DNA of 64,000 nucleotides from an uncultured Chromatiaceae bacterium (GCA_945787785.1 CALZIO010000003.1:36045-100044); one strand, 5' to 3'; shown: positions 31,777 to 43,121, counted from the first letter of the stretch. Translations and numbers: made by a program. Notes: generated by a model not told the origin, from the sequence alone.

Positions 31777-32439
31777 ATGTTTACAGGAATCATAGCGGCA
31801 TGCGGTGAGATTACGGCCCTTGAAAAACAGGCCGGTGACGGCCGTTTGCGTATCAATGCCGGCACACTGGATATGTCAGATGTTCAGCTGGGTGACAGCA
31901 TTGCCGTCGATGGTGTCTGCCTGACGGTGGTGAAGTTTGACAGCAGCAGCTTTGAAATGGATGTCTCAGCCGAAACCTTGAGCAAGACCACCCTGGGTGA
32001 TTTCAAGGTCGGCCGCAAGGTGAATCTGGAAAAGGCGCTGCAGCCGACAGCACGGCTGGGCGGCCATATTGTCAGCGGTCACGTTGATGGTGTCGGGTCT
32101 ATCGAGTCACGTGAGCTGGTGGGTGAGTCACTGCAGTTTCGCGTGCGCGTGCCAGATGACCTGGCCAAGTATGTACCAATCAAGGGGTCTATTTGTATTG
32201 ATGGAGTCAGCCTGACTGTGAATCATGTTGAAGGTGCTGTGTTTGAGATCAATATTATTCCTCATACCGCCGCAGTGACTACCATCGGTGACTACCAGGT
32301 TGGGCGTCAGCTCAACATTGAAGTGGATATTATCGCCCGTTACCTCGAACGCCTGCTATTGGGTGACAAAGCAGCTGAGCCGCAGGCCAGTGGACTAAGC
32401 CTGGAGACATTAATCCAGCACGGCTACATCAATTCTTGA
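31777..32439 (+). CDS. ribE: Riboflavin synthase (alpha chain)
   Basis: MFTGIIAACGEI...SIAVDGVCLTV / SICIDGVSLTV internal duplication. 220 aa. Confidence 0.95.
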   Translation: MFTGIIAACGEITALEKQAGDGRLRINAGTLDMSDVQLGDSIAVDGVCLTVVKFDSSSFEMDVSAETLSKTTLGDFKVGRKVNLEKALQPTARLGGHIVSGHVDGVGSIESRELVGESLQFRVRVPDDLAKYVPIKGSICIDGVSLTVNHVEGAVFEINIIPHTAAVTTIGDYQVGRQLNIEVDIIARYLERLLLGDKAAEPQASGLSLETLIQHGYINS

Positions 32440-32449
32440 TGGTAAATCT

Positions 32450-33553
32450 ATGTCATTGAATAGCACCGAAGAGATCATTGAAGATATTCGTCAGGGCAAG
32501 ATGGTTGTGCTGATGGATGATGAGGATCGTGAAAACGAAGGTGATCTGATCATGGCGGCGCAATGTGTAGCCGGCGAGGATATTAACTTCATGGCTCGTT
32601 ATGCCCGTGGCCTGATTTGCTTGACCCTGACACGTGAGCGCTGTGACCAGCTGCGCCTGCCATTAATGGTGGCCGACAATAACGCCAAACACGCCACCAA
32701 TTTTACTGTGTCGATAGAAGCAGCCGAAGGGGTGACCACGGGCATATCGGCGGCAGATCGTGCCCGCACCGTGCTGGCGGCCGTGGCAGAAAATGCCAAA
32801 GCCGAAGATATTGTACAGCCGGGGCATATCTTCCCGCTGATGGCTCAGCCAAGTGGGGTATTGAGCCGGGCTGGACATACCGAGGCAGGTTGCGACCTGG
32901 CACGATTGGCGGGCATGGAACCGGCCAGTGTCATCGTCGAGATTCTGAATGAAGATGGCAGCATGGCGCGTCGGCCACAGCTAGAAGAATTCGCCAGGCA
33001 GCATGGCCTCAAGATTGGTACAGTCGCTGACCTGATTAGCTATCGAATGCAGAATGAAAAGACCGTTGAACGGGTGGCAGAGTGTCAGTTGCCGACAGAG
33101 TATGGCGAGTTTCGCTTGATGGCTTATCAGGATCATGTCGGCCAGGCCCTGCATCTGGTGCTGCAAAAGGGTGAAATAACGGCTGGGCAGCCACCTTTGG
33201 TGCGGGTCCATCTGGCCGATACCTTTATCGACTTGATGGCCGTCCAACGCGGTGACACCAGCCTGCCATTGCGTGTCGCCATGCAACGCATGCAGTCTGA
33301 AGAGAGCGCGATTCTGGTGCTGTTGCAGCACAGTGATACGCCTGAGCAACTGGTAAAGCGTATTCGCGATTATCAATTGCAAGACCGTGGCGTGAACCTG
33401 CCCAAGCCACCTGACACCTCTGATTTACGCCAGTATGGGATTGGCGCCCAGATTTTATCTGATCTGGGGGTGTGCAAGATGCGGGTAATGGGGGCGCCGC
33501 GTAAGCTGCATGGCTTGTCCGGTTTTGGCCTCGAAGTAGTGGAATACGTTTAG
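32450..33553 (+). CDS. ribB: 3,4-dihydroxy-2-butanone-4-phosphate synthase fused to a degenerate GTP cyclohydrolase II-like domain (RibBX type)
   Basis: The N-terminal DHBPS half looks intact (DDEDRENEGDLIMAA, HTEA). The C-terminal half aligns with RibA, but the VRVHSECLTGD...RCDCG zinc/catalytic motif reads VRVHLADTFIDLMAVQRGD, with no Cys. Confidence 0.9.
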   Translation: MSLNSTEEIIEDIRQGKMVVLMDDEDRENEGDLIMAAQCVAGEDINFMARYARGLICLTLTRERCDQLRLPLMVADNNAKHATNFTVSIEAAEGVTTGISAADRARTVLAAVAENAKAEDIVQPGHIFPLMAQPSGVLSRAGHTEAGCDLARLAGMEPASVIVEILNEDGSMARRPQLEEFARQHGLKIGTVADLISYRMQNEKTVERVAECQLPTEYGEFRLMAYQDHVGQALHLVLQKGEITAGQPPLVRVHLADTFIDLMAVQRGDTSLPLRVAMQRMQSEESAILVLLQHSDTPEQLVKRIRDYQLQDRGVNLPKPPDTSDLRQYGIGAQILSDLGVCKMRVMGAPRKLHGLSGFGLEVVEYV

Positions 33554-33620
33554 AATCATTACAATAACGGCCGTTAAAGACTAAGATAGAAAAAAGCCTA
33601 TTAATAGTTAAGGATTTAAA

Positions 33621-34100
33621 ATGGAAGACGTAAATCGAATTGAAGGTGGTTTTAACGCTACAAATGTTCACGTGGCGATTGTGGCGGGACGTTTTAACAG
33701 TTTTGTTGTTGATCATCTGGTCAACGGTGCGCTGGATTGCTTGCTGCGTCATGGTGCCAGTGCCAAGGATATGGATGTGCTCTATGCGCCAGGTGCCTAT
33801 GAATTACCCTTGCTCGCCCAGCGTGTTGCCGCCAGGAAAAAGTATGATGCAATTATTGCGCTGGGTGCGGTGATACGAGGTGGTACACCACATTTCGATT
33901 ATGTCGCAGGTGAATGCTCCAAAGGGCTGGCGACCGTATCGCTGCAATACGATGTGCCGGTGGCCTTTGGTGTACTGACCGTCGATACCATTGAGCAGGC
34001 CATTGAGCGTTCAGGAACCAAGGCCGGCAACAAAGGTGTGGAGGCAGCTATGTCTGCTATAGAAATGATCAATCTGTTGAAAAATACAGATCAGCTCTAG
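33621..34100 (+). CDS. ribH: 6,7-dimethyl-8-ribityllumazine synthase
   Basis: [16 protein letters not shown]..., [22 protein letters not shown]. 159 aa. Confidence 0.95.
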   Translation: MEDVNRIEGGFNATNVHVAIVAGRFNSFVVDHLVNGALDCLLRHGASAKDMDVLYAPGAYELPLLAQRVAARKKYDAIIALGAVIRGGTPHFDYVAGECSKGLATVSLQYDVPVAFGVLTVDTIEQAIERSGTKAGNKGVEAAMSAIEMINLLKNTDQL

Positions 34101-34151
34101 TTCTAGTCCGCCCGATCAATTGTTTGAAGTAGTTATTTAGGAGAACAGCTT

Positions 34152-34583
34152 TTGAGCCAAGCTCGTACCATGGCACGCCGCTGCGCCGTTCAGGCGCTGT
34201 ATCAATGGCAGGTGACCGGTCAGAATGTTGAAGAGATCCATCAGCAGTTTCTGGTTGAACGTAATATGAGTAACGTCAACGTTAAGATGTTTCACGAGTT
34301 ACTCTCTGGTGTGACCAAAGAGCTTGATAAGCTGGATGAAAAAATTCAACCTTATCTAGATCGAGACATAGCCGAAGTGGATCCGGTGGAGCGGGCAGTG
34401 TTGCGGCTTGGAACCTACGAACTGATGTACAAGCCTGATGTGCCGTATCGTGTTGTTATCAATGAAGCGTTGGAAGCAGTTAAAACCTTTGGTGCAGAGC
34501 AAGGCCATCGCTATGTCAATGGCGTGCTGGACAAGGTTGCCCAAGACGTACGGCAACTGGAAGTCAAACGTAACTCGCGTTAA
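34152..34583 (+). CDS. nusB: Transcription antitermination factor NusB
   Basis: TTG start 8 nt after AGGAGA. ARRCAVQALYQW, and a C-terminal FVNGVLDK-type motif (YVNGVLDKV). 143 aa. Confidence 0.93.
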   Translation: MSQARTMARRCAVQALYQWQVTGQNVEEIHQQFLVERNMSNVNVKMFHELLSGVTKELDKLDEKIQPYLDRDIAEVDPVERAVLRLGTYELMYKPDVPYRVVINEALEAVKTFGAEQGHRYVNGVLDKVAQDVRQLEVKRNSR

Positions 34584-34618
34584 TCTGTCATCTTGTCTCA
34601 TAACCATGGCACAATTCC

Positions 34619-35587
34619 ATGGGCTTATCAGAATTTGATCTCATAACTCGATTTTTCAATCATCAACGCGTTCGGCACAGTGGTGTTGAGCTGGGGATTG
34701 GTGATGATGCCGCTGTGGTGAGTGTGCCAAGTGGACAGTCACTGGTGATGAGTATGGATACCCTTGTTGCTGGGGTGCATTTTCCTGTTGATACGCCTGC
34801 CGAAGACATCGCCTATAAGGCGTTAGCGGTTAATCTGAGTGACATGGCGGCGATGGGAGCGGAGCCAAACTGGCTGCTGCTGGCGTTAACCTTTCCTGAA
34901 GTGGATGAGGCATGGTTAACAGCATTCAGTCGTCGCCTGAGCCAGTTGGCCGATGAGTATAACTTGACCCTGATCGGCGGTGATACAACACGAGGTCCGT
35001 TGACTATAAGCGTTCAGATTAATGGGCTAGTGCCGCAAGGGCAGGCATTAACGCGCAGCGGTGCTCAGGCCGGGGATTTGATTTATGTGACAGGCCAGCT
35101 AGGTGATGCCGGGTTGGGCCTGAAGCTGGTACTTGATGAGCTGAAAGTTGAGTGGCCGTCGGCCCGGCGTGACTATTTCATACAGCGTTTGCAGCGCCCA
35201 TTACCAAGAGTCAATGTAGGTTTGTTATTACGAGGATTAGCGACGGCTGCGATAGATATCTCAGATGGATTGTTGGCAGACCTGAGGCATATCCTGGAAA
35301 CAAGTAAAGTGGCTGCCAGTATCAACATTGAAAATATTCCTGTAGCTGATGAAGTACGCGCCTTGACGGGTGAATGGTGGCAATTGCCGCTGACCGCAGG
35401 AGATGATTACGAACTCTGTTTTACTGTGCCCGAAGAAAAGATCGCCTTACTCGAACAACAACTAAATTCAGTCAATGTCCCTTGCCACTGTATCGGTCGA
35501 ATTGAGCCTGGGGCTGGAATGAAAGTACTTCATAACGGAATGAATGTTGATACAAATAATATGAAAGGGTTTCTTCACTTTGACTAA
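34619..35587 (+). CDS. thiL: Thiamine-monophosphate kinase
   Basis: GIGDDAAVV, AVNLSDMAAMGA, LIGGDTT. 322 aa. The nusB-thiL-pgpA order is conserved. Confidence 0.93.
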   Translation: MGLSEFDLITRFFNHQRVRHSGVELGIGDDAAVVSVPSGQSLVMSMDTLVAGVHFPVDTPAEDIAYKALAVNLSDMAAMGAEPNWLLLALTFPEVDEAWLTAFSRRLSQLADEYNLTLIGGDTTRGPLTISVQINGLVPQGQALTRSGAQAGDLIYVTGQLGDAGLGLKLVLDELKVEWPSARRDYFIQRLQRPLPRVNVGLLLRGLATAAIDISDGLLADLRHILETSKVAASINIENIPVADEVRALTGEWWQLPLTAGDDYELCFTVPEEKIALLEQQLNSVNVPCHCIGRIEPGAGMKVLHNGMNVDTNNMKGFLHFD

Positions 35588-36059
35588 ACGCATTCCCGGA
35601 TTAAATCTAGCAAACCCGGTGCATTTACTTGCCTTCGGCTTCGGCTCTGGTGTGATGCCTAAGGCGCCAGGTACCTGGGGAACAGTGGTTGCCATTCCAA
35701 TCTATCTGTTACTCCATGAGTTGTCATTACTCCCTTATCTGATCGTGTTGTTTGTTATGACGCTGGTGGGGATATGGCTTTGCCATGTAACAGCTAATGA
35801 TCTGGGTGTGCATGATCACCCCGGTATTGTCTGGGATGAAATTGTTGGCTATCTGATTACTATGATCGCTGCGCCATCCGGCTGGGTTTGGTTGCTAGTT
35901 GGGTTCGTCTTGTTTCGGCTATTCGATATTCTCAAGCCATGGCCGATCCGTGTAATTGACAAGGGTGTTGAAGGCGGCCTGGGTATTATGCTGGATGACG
36001 TTTTAGCTGGGATAATGGCCTTGGCCGGTGTGCAGCTGCTGGCATATTTTATTCCTTAA
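35580..36059 (+). CDS. pgpA: Phosphatidylglycerophosphatase A
   Basis: TTG start overlapping the thiL end. NPVHLLAFGFGSGVMPKAPGTWGT..., FDILKPWPI. 159 aa. Confidence 0.9.
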   Translation: MTKRIPGLNLANPVHLLAFGFGSGVMPKAPGTWGTVVAIPIYLLLHELSLLPYLIVLFVMTLVGIWLCHVTANDLGVHDHPGIVWDEIVGYLITMIAAPSGWVWLLVGFVLFRLFDILKPWPIRVIDKGVEGGLGIMLDDVLAGIMALAGVQLLAYFIP

Positions 36060-36087
36060 ATCAGAGTTGAGCTATCCGAGTGGCCCA

Positions 36088-38502
36088 CTAGTTAATCGCG
36101 CGGTGATTATCTTGCTTTGAGTACCAAGGGCTTTTGTGTAGCCAATGGCGCAATTCTTCTGCTGCGACAGGGTGGGTGATGTAATAGCCCTGTGCTAAAT
36201 CGCAATCCATTTCCCGGAGTAGATTAAGTGTTGCCTCGCTGTCGACCCCTTCAGCAATGACTTGATGCCCCATGTTGTGAGCTAAATCAATAGTGGATCG
36301 AACGATTACCTTGTCTTCATTATGCTCAAGCATAGCATCCACAAAAGATTTATCGATCTTGATTTCATGTATCGGGAGCTGCTTTAAATAAGCCATGGAG
36401 GAATAGCCGGTACCAAAGTCGTCAATAGACAGTTTGACCCCCATTTGATGCAGCTTTGTAAGTCTTTCCATTGCCTGGATAGGGTCATACATCAGAGCCC
36501 GTTCCGTGATCTCCAGTTGTAATTGTCCGGCATCAATTTGCCAGCGCTTTAGCAGGTCGGCAAGATAATCGCTTAGTTGTGCGTCGTGCAGACTGCGGGC
36601 CGAGAGGTTTACAGAGAGCCTTAGCTTGAGCCCTGTTCTGTTCCAGAGATGGAGTTGTTGTAATGATTCCTGCAGCACAAACTGTGTCAGTTCGCGAATA
36701 TGGCCGGAATGTTCCGCCAATAGAATGAACTCATCCGGTAGTCGCAGGCCTTTTTCTGGGTGTTGCCAGCGTGCCAGGGCTTCCACACCGATCACACGGT
36801 TGCTGTGCAAATCAACGGACGGCTGATAGTGCACGATAAACTCTTTATCTTGTAACCCACGCTGTAGTTCGCCAGCCATAGAGAGGCGGCTGAGGCTGTG
36901 TTCATCCAGCTCTGGGCGGTAAAAGGCAAAGTCAACCTTAGTGCGCTTGGCTACATACATGGCGACATCGGCTTGACGCATCAGAGTGCTGGCATCTTTG
37001 CAGTCTAGCGGGTAGATGGCGATACCCATGCTAATGCCGATCTTGATGTTATGGTCTTCAAAGATGAAGGGCATATCGATGGCGCTGGCGATCTTGCCCG
37101 CTGCCTGGATTATCTGTTGCTGATCACTGATATTGGGCAATAGGATTGCAAACTCATCACCCCCCAGCCGAGCCACCGTATCTGAATCACGCAATACACT
37201 GTGCAGGCGCACGGCCACTTGTTGTAACAATAGGTCACCGTAATGATGTCCCAAGGTGTCGTTGATCTCTTTGAAACGATTTAGATCGCTGATGATCAAG
37301 GCCACGGAATGATCTTCTCGTTTAGCTGCGCGCAGCGCCTGCGACAAACGGTCATTCAATAATACCCGGTTGGGCAGGCTGGTAAGCGAGTCATGTAGTG
37401 CTTGGTGCCTGAGTTCCTTGTTCACCTCAGCCAGTTCACGGGTGCGTTTAATGACGCGGTGTTCCAGGTCTTCTTGTAGCGCCTTGATTTTAGCCTCGGC
37501 TTGCTTACGTTCACTGATGTTGCGGCAGATAATGATGAAAATTGAACTGTCCAACTGGCAAATCTCATTCACTGACGCCTCGACATGAAAGGTGTCGCCA
37601 TTGTTACGTTTGCCCAGGGTTTCAAAGGGGAAGGACTGGTCCAAATTCAATGGCACATCCGGGCTGTCTGTTTCGAAAATTTCGGTAAAGGAGTCTTTGA
37701 AAAGCCGGTTGATATTTCGACCTTGTACTTCACTGGCGGAAAAACCGAAAAGGCGTTCAGCGGCCAGGTTAAAAGACAGGATGCTGCCATTTTTGTTAAC
37801 GGTTATCAGACCGTCGGCCACATTGGCCATGATGGTGCTTAGGCGTGCTTCACGGGTGGCCAGTGCCTCGCGTTGATCCACCAATACAGCGCGCATCGAC
37901 TCCAGGTCGTGGGCCAGCTGCCGGATCTCACGGATGCCGCTTTTCAAACCAAGCCGACGCGAATTGCCTGCGGTAATAGCGCGCGCCGCCTGACGTAATC
38001 GAATCAGGGGGCGGGTGAGTTGCGGTCCCACAATGGCGGCTATCATTATGGCAAGGAAGATATAGGCGACGGCTATGTAGATACTATAGAGGCGTGTCTG
38101 GCGAATCTGATCCTTGGTTTGGCTCTCGTCATATCCTAGCTGCAGGATATATTCCTGCTCGCCAATGCCTACCGGGACAGCGATGTAATAGATGTTGTCA
38201 TCCTGGTCACCGAATTCGGCGTCGGTTTCAATTTCAGTGATCGATCCATCCTGGGTATTTAGGTGGATCAGTTTGAGTGTGCCATCAAGCAGAGATTCGA
38301 GATTGTCGGGTGGTGTTTGATTGTTTTCGAGGCTGCTGGCCAACTGCACAGCACTAGACATGCTGTAATCAATAAATTGCTGCTGTAGATGATGTACCAG
38401 GGCTGGCAGGATGAGTGCAAAAACTACGGATGCCAGGATCCCGTGGATGAGCACTTCGCCCAACACCATCCGACTGGTAAATCTGTTAAATAAACCACCC
38501 AT
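36088..38502 (-). CDS. Membrane sensor with periplasmic domain-HAMP-PAS-GGDEF-EAL architecture (c-di-GMP turnover)
   Basis: Two TM helices flank a domain of about 130 aa. PAS segment: TIMANVADGLITVNKNGSILSFN. GGDEF: RLGGDEFAILL. EAL: GVEALARW...QLEITE...DDFGTGYSS...KIDKSF. 804 aa. Confidence 0.9.
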   Translation of the reverse strand: MGGLFNRFTSRMVLGEVLIHGILASVVFALILPALVHHLQQQFIDYSMSSAVQLASSLENNQTPPDNLESLLDGTLKLIHLNTQDGSITEIETDAEFGDQDDNIYYIAVPVGIGEQEYILQLGYDESQTKDQIRQTRLYSIYIAVAYIFLAIMIAAIVGPQLTRPLIRLRQAARAITAGNSRRLGLKSGIREIRQLAHDLESMRAVLVDQREALATREARLSTIMANVADGLITVNKNGSILSFNLAAERLFGFSASEVQGRNINRLFKDSFTEIFETDSPDVPLNLDQSFPFETLGKRNNGDTFHVEASVNEICQLDSSIFIIICRNISERKQAEAKIKALQEDLEHRVIKRTRELAEVNKELRHQALHDSLTSLPNRVLLNDRLSQALRAAKREDHSVALIISDLNRFKEINDTLGHHYGDLLLQQVAVRLHSVLRDSDTVARLGGDEFAILLPNISDQQQIIQAAGKIASAIDMPFIFEDHNIKIGISMGIAIYPLDCKDASTLMRQADVAMYVAKRTKVDFAFYRPELDEHSLSRLSMAGELQRGLQDKEFIVHYQPSVDLHSNRVIGVEALARWQHPEKGLRLPDEFILLAEHSGHIRELTQFVLQESLQQLHLWNRTGLKLRLSVNLSARSLHDAQLSDYLADLLKRWQIDAGQLQLEITERALMYDPIQAMERLTKLHQMGVKLSIDDFGTGYSSMAYLKQLPIHEIKIDKSFVDAMLEHNEDKVIVRSTIDLAHNMGHQVIAEGVDSEATLNLLREMDCDLAQGYYITHPVAAEELRHWLHKSPWYSKQDNHRAIN

Positions 38503-38654
38503 GACCGGCTATATAGCTCGTTAACTCCTTGCTGAATTACGGTAAGGTAAAGCGGGGCGCTGTTGCGACTCGTCGTTGATTTTACTCCCAACCACCAACT
38601 CTACCGGGAAGCTAGTGACGCGACAAGTAGATCAGTTCTCAGTCTAGGACAAAT

Positions 38655-39449
38655 TTAGAGAAAGGTTTTGGTTTTGTCTTGTTCTATCAGGGCGTAGGCA
38701 GAGTGATTGTGAATGGATTCGAAGTTTTCTGATTCCACGGTATAACTGATTATGCGGTCGTCGGCATTCAGGCAGGCTGCTACATCGCGCACCATATCTT
38801 CAACAAATTTGGGGTTGTCATAGGCCCGTTCGGTGACAAATTTTTCATCCGGCCGCTTGAGTAAACCAAACAATTCGCATGAGGCCTGACTTTCCACCAG
38901 ATTGATGATGTCTTCAATCCAGACAAAGTCTTTGGTTTGGACTGAGACAGTGACATGTGAGCGCTGGTTATGGGCGCCGTAGTCCGATATCTTCTTGGAG
39001 CAGGGACAGAGGCTGGTTACTGGCACCACCACCTTGATGTCAACGTTGGGCTTGCCGCCCTTAATCTCACCGAGCAGGGTCACTTCATAATCCATCAGGC
39101 TTGTTACGCCCGAAACCGGCGCAGGTTTTTGAATGAAGTAGGGGAAGGACATTTCGATATGGCCGGCCTCGGCATCGAGGCGATCAATCATCTCTTCCAG
39201 CATCAGTTCAAATGATTCCACCGATAATTCGCGTTCGTGATTATTAAGGATCTCGACAAAGCGCGACATGTGGGTGCCCTTGAAATTATGAGGCAGGTTC
39301 ACATACATATTGAAATTGGCGATGGTGTGTTGCTCACCCTGGCTGCGGTCCTTGACCCTCACCGGGTGGCGGATGTCTTTAATCCCAACCTTATTAATCG
39401 GGATGCGGCGGGTATCTTCGCTGTTTTGGACGTCTGCAATGGTGGCCAT
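38655..39449 (-). CDS. folE2: GTP cyclohydrolase I type 2 (FolE2 / GCYH-IB)
   Basis: Start moved to the Met at 39449 ([30 protein letters not shown]), which avoids overlap with queD. LCPCSK and GAHNQRS motifs. About 264 aa. Confidence 0.85.
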   Translation of the reverse strand: MATIADVQNSEDTRRIPINKVGIKDIRHPVRVKDRSQGEQHTIANFNMYVNLPHNFKGTHMSRFVEILNNHERELSVESFELMLEEMIDRLDAEAGHIEMSFPYFIQKPAPVSGVTSLMDYEVTLLGEIKGGKPNVDIKVVVPVTSLCPCSKKISDYGAHNQRSHVTVSVQTKDFVWIEDIINLVESQASCELFGLLKRPDEKFVTERAYDNPKFVEDMVRDVAACLNADDRIISYTVESENFESIHNHSAYALIEQDKTKTFL

Positions 39450-39454
39450 GTCGC

Positions 39455-39835
39455 TTACTCCTCCGTGTAACGGACGCAGGCCCGCTCGGTTTCCCATACG
39501 GTAATTGCGCTGACCTGGGTAGTGTCGCTATTCAGCTTTTTGGCCAACTCAGTGAATATGAAGGCAGCAATGTTTTCTGCCGTGGGATTTATCTCATCAA
39601 ACGGACTGATTTCATTGAGATAACTGTGGTCCAAGCTGTCGCAGATAGCCTTGGTTTCTGTGCGGATCTGTTTGAAATCCATACCGATTCCCAGCTCATT
39701 CAGAGCCGATGCAGTCACTTCTGCTTCAACTTTCCAGTTGTGGCCATGTAATTTGGAACAGTCACCAGGATAGTTGCGGAGTGAATGCGCAGCAGCGAAA
39801 TCGGTAACGACTTTAAGGGTGTAGCGTGCAGGCAT
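39455..39835 (-). CDS. queD: 6-carboxy-5,6,7,8-tetrahydropterin synthase (QueD / PTPS family)
   Basis: [25 protein letters not shown] (Cys plus the HGH zinc motif). 126 aa. Confidence 0.85.
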   Translation of the reverse strand: MPARYTLKVVTDFAAAHSLRNYPGDCSKLHGHNWKVEAEVTASALNELGIGMDFKQIRTETKAICDSLDHSYLNEISPFDEINPTAENIAAFIFTELAKKLNSDTTQVSAITVWETERACVRYTEE

Positions 39836-39860
39836 AGTGATTCTAAACTAACTGAAATAA

Positions 39861-41756
39861 CTAATAGGAATTTGCTTGGACGACCGCTTGTGGGCTGCTG
39901 TCGCCTTCAAGAAAGCGATTGACGCGGTCTATTATACCCTGAAAATTCAATCCTGAGTTATTTAGTAGGTCTTGATGGTCGCCATGTTCGATAAAATGAT
40001 CCGGCAACCCCATTTGAATCAGATGTGGTTGTTGTGGTTGCTTGTCGAGTAATTGAGCGACCAGACTGCCTGCGCCGCCAATCACGGCATTTTCTTCGAT
40101 GGTCAGCAATAAGTCGTGTTCGCTGGCAAGTTTCAAGACCAGCGCTTCATCAAGCGGTTTCACGAAACGCATATTAACCACGGTGGCATCAAGCTTTTCC
40201 CCCGCCGCTTCTGCAGCGCCAACCATGCTGCCATAGGCGAGTAGGGCGACGCGCTTGCCTTCACGTCTGACTTCAGCACGGCCAAGGGGCAGGGCTGTCA
40301 TCTCTTTTTCAATCTCAACGCCAGGGCCGGATCCACGTGGATAACGCACTGCCGCAGGGCCATCAAGACAGAAGCCGGTATAGAGCATCTGGCGGCATTC
40401 GTTTTCGTCAGCTGGCGCCATGATGGTCATGTTCGGAATGCAGCTGAGATAACTCAGATCAAAGCTACCGGCGTGGGTCGGTCCGTCAGCACCAACGAGT
40501 CCAGCACGGTCAACTGCAAACAATACCGGAAGGTTTTGCAGCGCCACGTCATGGATAAGCTGATCATAACCGCGCTGTAGAAAGGTGGAATAGATCGCCA
40601 CAACCGGTTTCATGCCTTCGCAGGCCAGTCCGGCTGCCAGGGTCACAGAATGTTGTTCGGCAATGCCAACATCGATGTAGCGTTTCGGGTATTGCTTCGA
40701 AAACTCAACCAAGCCAGAGCCTTCACGCATTGCCGGTGTAATGCCAATCAGGCGCTGATCTTGCTCCGCCATATCACAAAGCCAATTACCGAAAACCTTG
40801 GTATAGGTGGTCTTATTGGCGCCGGCAATCAGTTCACCGTTATCGGGGTCAAATTTGCCCACGCCATGATAAGTACAGGGATTTTCCTCAGCGGGAGCAA
40901 ACCCCTTGCCTTTTTTGGTTACGACATGAAGGAACTGTGGCCCATCAATCTGACGCATATTCTGCAGGGTGCTGATCAGGGTTGGCAGGTCGTGGCCATC
41001 AATGGGGCCGATATAGTTAAAACCTAGTTCTTCGAACAGAGTGCCTGGAACGACCATGCCTTTAACATGTTCCTCTGCTCGTCTGGCCAGTTCCCAGACT
41101 GTGGGCATTTTGCCCAGCACCTTTTTACTGTTTTCTCTAACCGATGAATAAAATTTGCCAGACAGTACCCGCGCAAGATAATTGGACATGCCGCCGACAT
41201 TGGGGGAAATCGACATCTCGTTGTCATTCAGTATGACCAAGAGATTAGCATCCACAGCGCCGGCATGGTTAAGTGCCTCAAAGGCCATGCCTGCAGTCAG
41301 GGCGCCGTCTCCAATCACGGCTGCCACTTTGCGGTCGGTGCCTTGTTCTTGAGCAGCTAAAGCCATGCCCAGGGCAGCACTGACAGAGGTGCTGGAGTGA
41401 CCGACGCCAAAGGTGTCGTACGGGCTCTCTTCCCGCTTCGGGAAACCGGCCAGGCCACCTTTTTGGCGCAAAGTCGGCATTAACTCGCGTCGACCGGTGA
41501 GAATTTTGTGTGGGTAACTTTGGTGGCCAACATCCCAGACCAGTCTGTCTTCAGGTGTATTAAAGACATAGTGCAGGGCAACGGTCAGCTCAATAGTGCC
41601 TAGCCCGGCAGATAGATGGCCGCCAGTATGACTAACCGACTGGATCAAAAACTGGCGTAACTCCGCCGCTAAAGCGGGCAGATCGTCCTCCGCCAGGAGA
41701 CGCAAGTCATCCGGCGTGTTGACACTGTCCAGTAATGGGTAGGATATTGTGGTCAT
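39861..41756 (-). CDS. dxs: 1-deoxy-D-xylulose-5-phosphate synthase
   Basis: [42 protein letters not shown]. 631 aa. Confidence 0.97.
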   Translation of the reverse strand: MTTISYPLLDSVNTPDDLRLLAEDDLPALAAELRQFLIQSVSHTGGHLSAGLGTIELTVALHYVFNTPEDRLVWDVGHQSYPHKILTGRRELMPTLRQKGGLAGFPKREESPYDTFGVGHSSTSVSAALGMALAAQEQGTDRKVAAVIGDGALTAGMAFEALNHAGAVDANLLVILNDNEMSISPNVGGMSNYLARVLSGKFYSSVRENSKKVLGKMPTVWELARRAEEHVKGMVVPGTLFEELGFNYIGPIDGHDLPTLISTLQNMRQIDGPQFLHVVTKKGKGFAPAEENPCTYHGVGKFDPDNGELIAGANKTTYTKVFGNWLCDMAEQDQRLIGITPAMREGSGLVEFSKQYPKRYIDVGIAEQHSVTLAAGLACEGMKPVVAIYSTFLQRGYDQLIHDVALQNLPVLFAVDRAGLVGADGPTHAGSFDLSYLSCIPNMTIMAPADENECRQMLYTGFCLDGPAAVRYPRGSGPGVEIEKEMTALPLGRAEVRREGKRVALLAYGSMVGAAEAAGEKLDATVVNMRFVKPLDEALVLKLASEHDLLLTIEENAVIGGAGSLVAQLLDKQPQQPHLIQMGLPDHFIEHGDHQDLLNNSGLNFQGIIDRVNRFLEGDSSPQAVVQANSY

Positions 41757-41836
41757 ACTCTATTGTAAGCAAATCGCGGCAAAACGGTGAATTATGAGGC
41801 CCAGCCGGATTTGGTGCAACCCTGAAACGTCTGTGA

Positions 41837-42742
41837 TTAATAACTGCGCGAAATAATATACTCGGCCATCCAGCGCAACGGGTCGGCATTTTTATCAAAA
41901 GAATCAATGCTTGCTAGGGCATCTTGATACAGATCATTAGCCATCGTCTTGGCCCCATCCATGCCTAGCAAGGCGGGGTAGGTGGGTTTGTTAAGTGCCA
42001 TATCCGCGCCCTGAGTTTTACCCAGCGTTTCGGTGTCACTTTCCACATCGAGGATGTCGTCCTGGATCTGAAAGGCCAGCCCGATGCATTTGGCATAATG
42101 ATCTAGGTCTTTTAGCTGTTTGTCTGTGACATTTGCACAGCTAAGGGCGCCAAGCATGACACTGACACGGATCAGGGCGCCGGTTTTATGGATATGCATA
42201 ATCTCTAATGCCGGCAGGTCAATGTTTTTCCCCATCGATTCAAGATCAATGGCCTGGCCTCCCGCCATGCCGCGAGAGCCAGACGCAATGGCCAATTGAT
42301 CGACCATTTTTAGTCGCGTTTCAGCGTTGACCTGTATCTTGCTATCGTGGGCCAATACATGAAATGCCAGGGCCTGAATGGCATCGCCCGCCAGGATGGC
42401 AGTGGCATCATCAAACGCCTTGTGACAAGTTGGTTTGCCGCGGCGTAAATCATCATCGTCCATGGCGGGTAAATCGTCGTGAATCAGGGAGTAGGCATGG
42501 ATCAGCTCAACTGCACAGGCTGGACCATCTAATTGTTCGGGTGGTACTGACAGGGCCTGCCCGGCACTGTAAACCAAAAATGGCCGCACCCGTTTGCCGC
42601 CATCCAACACTGAATAACGCATGGCTTTGTGCAAAGTTTTTGGGGCAATGGTTTCACTGGGTAACCAATGATCCAGGGTGGTTTCGGTGCGGGCTTGGTT
42701 AAAGGCCAATAGTTCTTTCAGCGAGGCAGCATTATTGTTCAT
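41837..42742 (-). CDS. ispA: (2E,6E)-farnesyl diphosphate synthase
   Basis: Start moved to [10 protein letters not shown] at 42742, an 11-nt overlap with xseB. FARM motif [17 protein letters not shown] and SARM motif FQIQDDILD. Confidence 0.93.
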   Translation of the reverse strand: MNNNAASLKELLAFNQARTETTLDHWLPSETIAPKTLHKAMRYSVLDGGKRVRPFLVYSAGQALSVPPEQLDGPACAVELIHAYSLIHDDLPAMDDDDLRRGKPTCHKAFDDATAILAGDAIQALAFHVLAHDSKIQVNAETRLKMVDQLAIASGSRGMAGGQAIDLESMGKNIDLPALEIMHIHKTGALIRVSVMLGALSCANVTDKQLKDLDHYAKCIGLAFQIQDDILDVESDTETLGKTQGADMALNKPTYPALLGMDGAKTMANDLYQDALASIDSFDKNADPLRWMAEYIISRSY

Positions 42743-42983
42743 TGGTTTCAAACTCCTCAGGCTCACCACTCTTTTCAAGCAGAATCTGTACCTTTTGTTC
42801 GGCCTCCTGCAGGGCTTTTTGGCAGTTGCGTGTCAGGTTCACGCCGCGCTCAAACAGTTTCAATGATTCTTCCAGGCTAATATCGCCCTGTTCGAGCGTT
42901 TCTACCAAGGTTTCGAGTTCTGCTAGCGCAGTTTCGAAATCGGGTTGTTTATTGCTTATTTTTGCAGATGTTTTTCTAGGCAC
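42732..42983 (-). CDS. xseB: Exodeoxyribonuclease VII small subunit
   Basis: [40 protein letters not shown]. 83 aa, upstream of ispA-dxs as in many proteobacteria. Confidence 0.9.
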   Translation of the reverse strand: MPRKTSAKISNKQPDFETALAELETLVETLEQGDISLEESLKLFERGVNLTRNCQKALQEAEQKVQILLEKSGEPEEFETNEQ

Positions 42984-43121
42984 ATTATTTCCACATGAGT
43001 TATTTCTGGCGTAACTTTACTCATACTGGCCGTGACGGTCAAACGCTGCAGGATGCGTTTGTGCGTCTGACATGGTACATTCTGGCGCGATTAAGAGTTT
43101 CACAGGAAAGCAGATAAATTC

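Noticed and set aside
33225-33752. 175-aa minus-strand ORF spanning the ribBA/ribH junction
   Set aside because: It is antisense to two well-supported genes and its composition is Arg/Ser/Pro/His-rich, typical of antisense frames.
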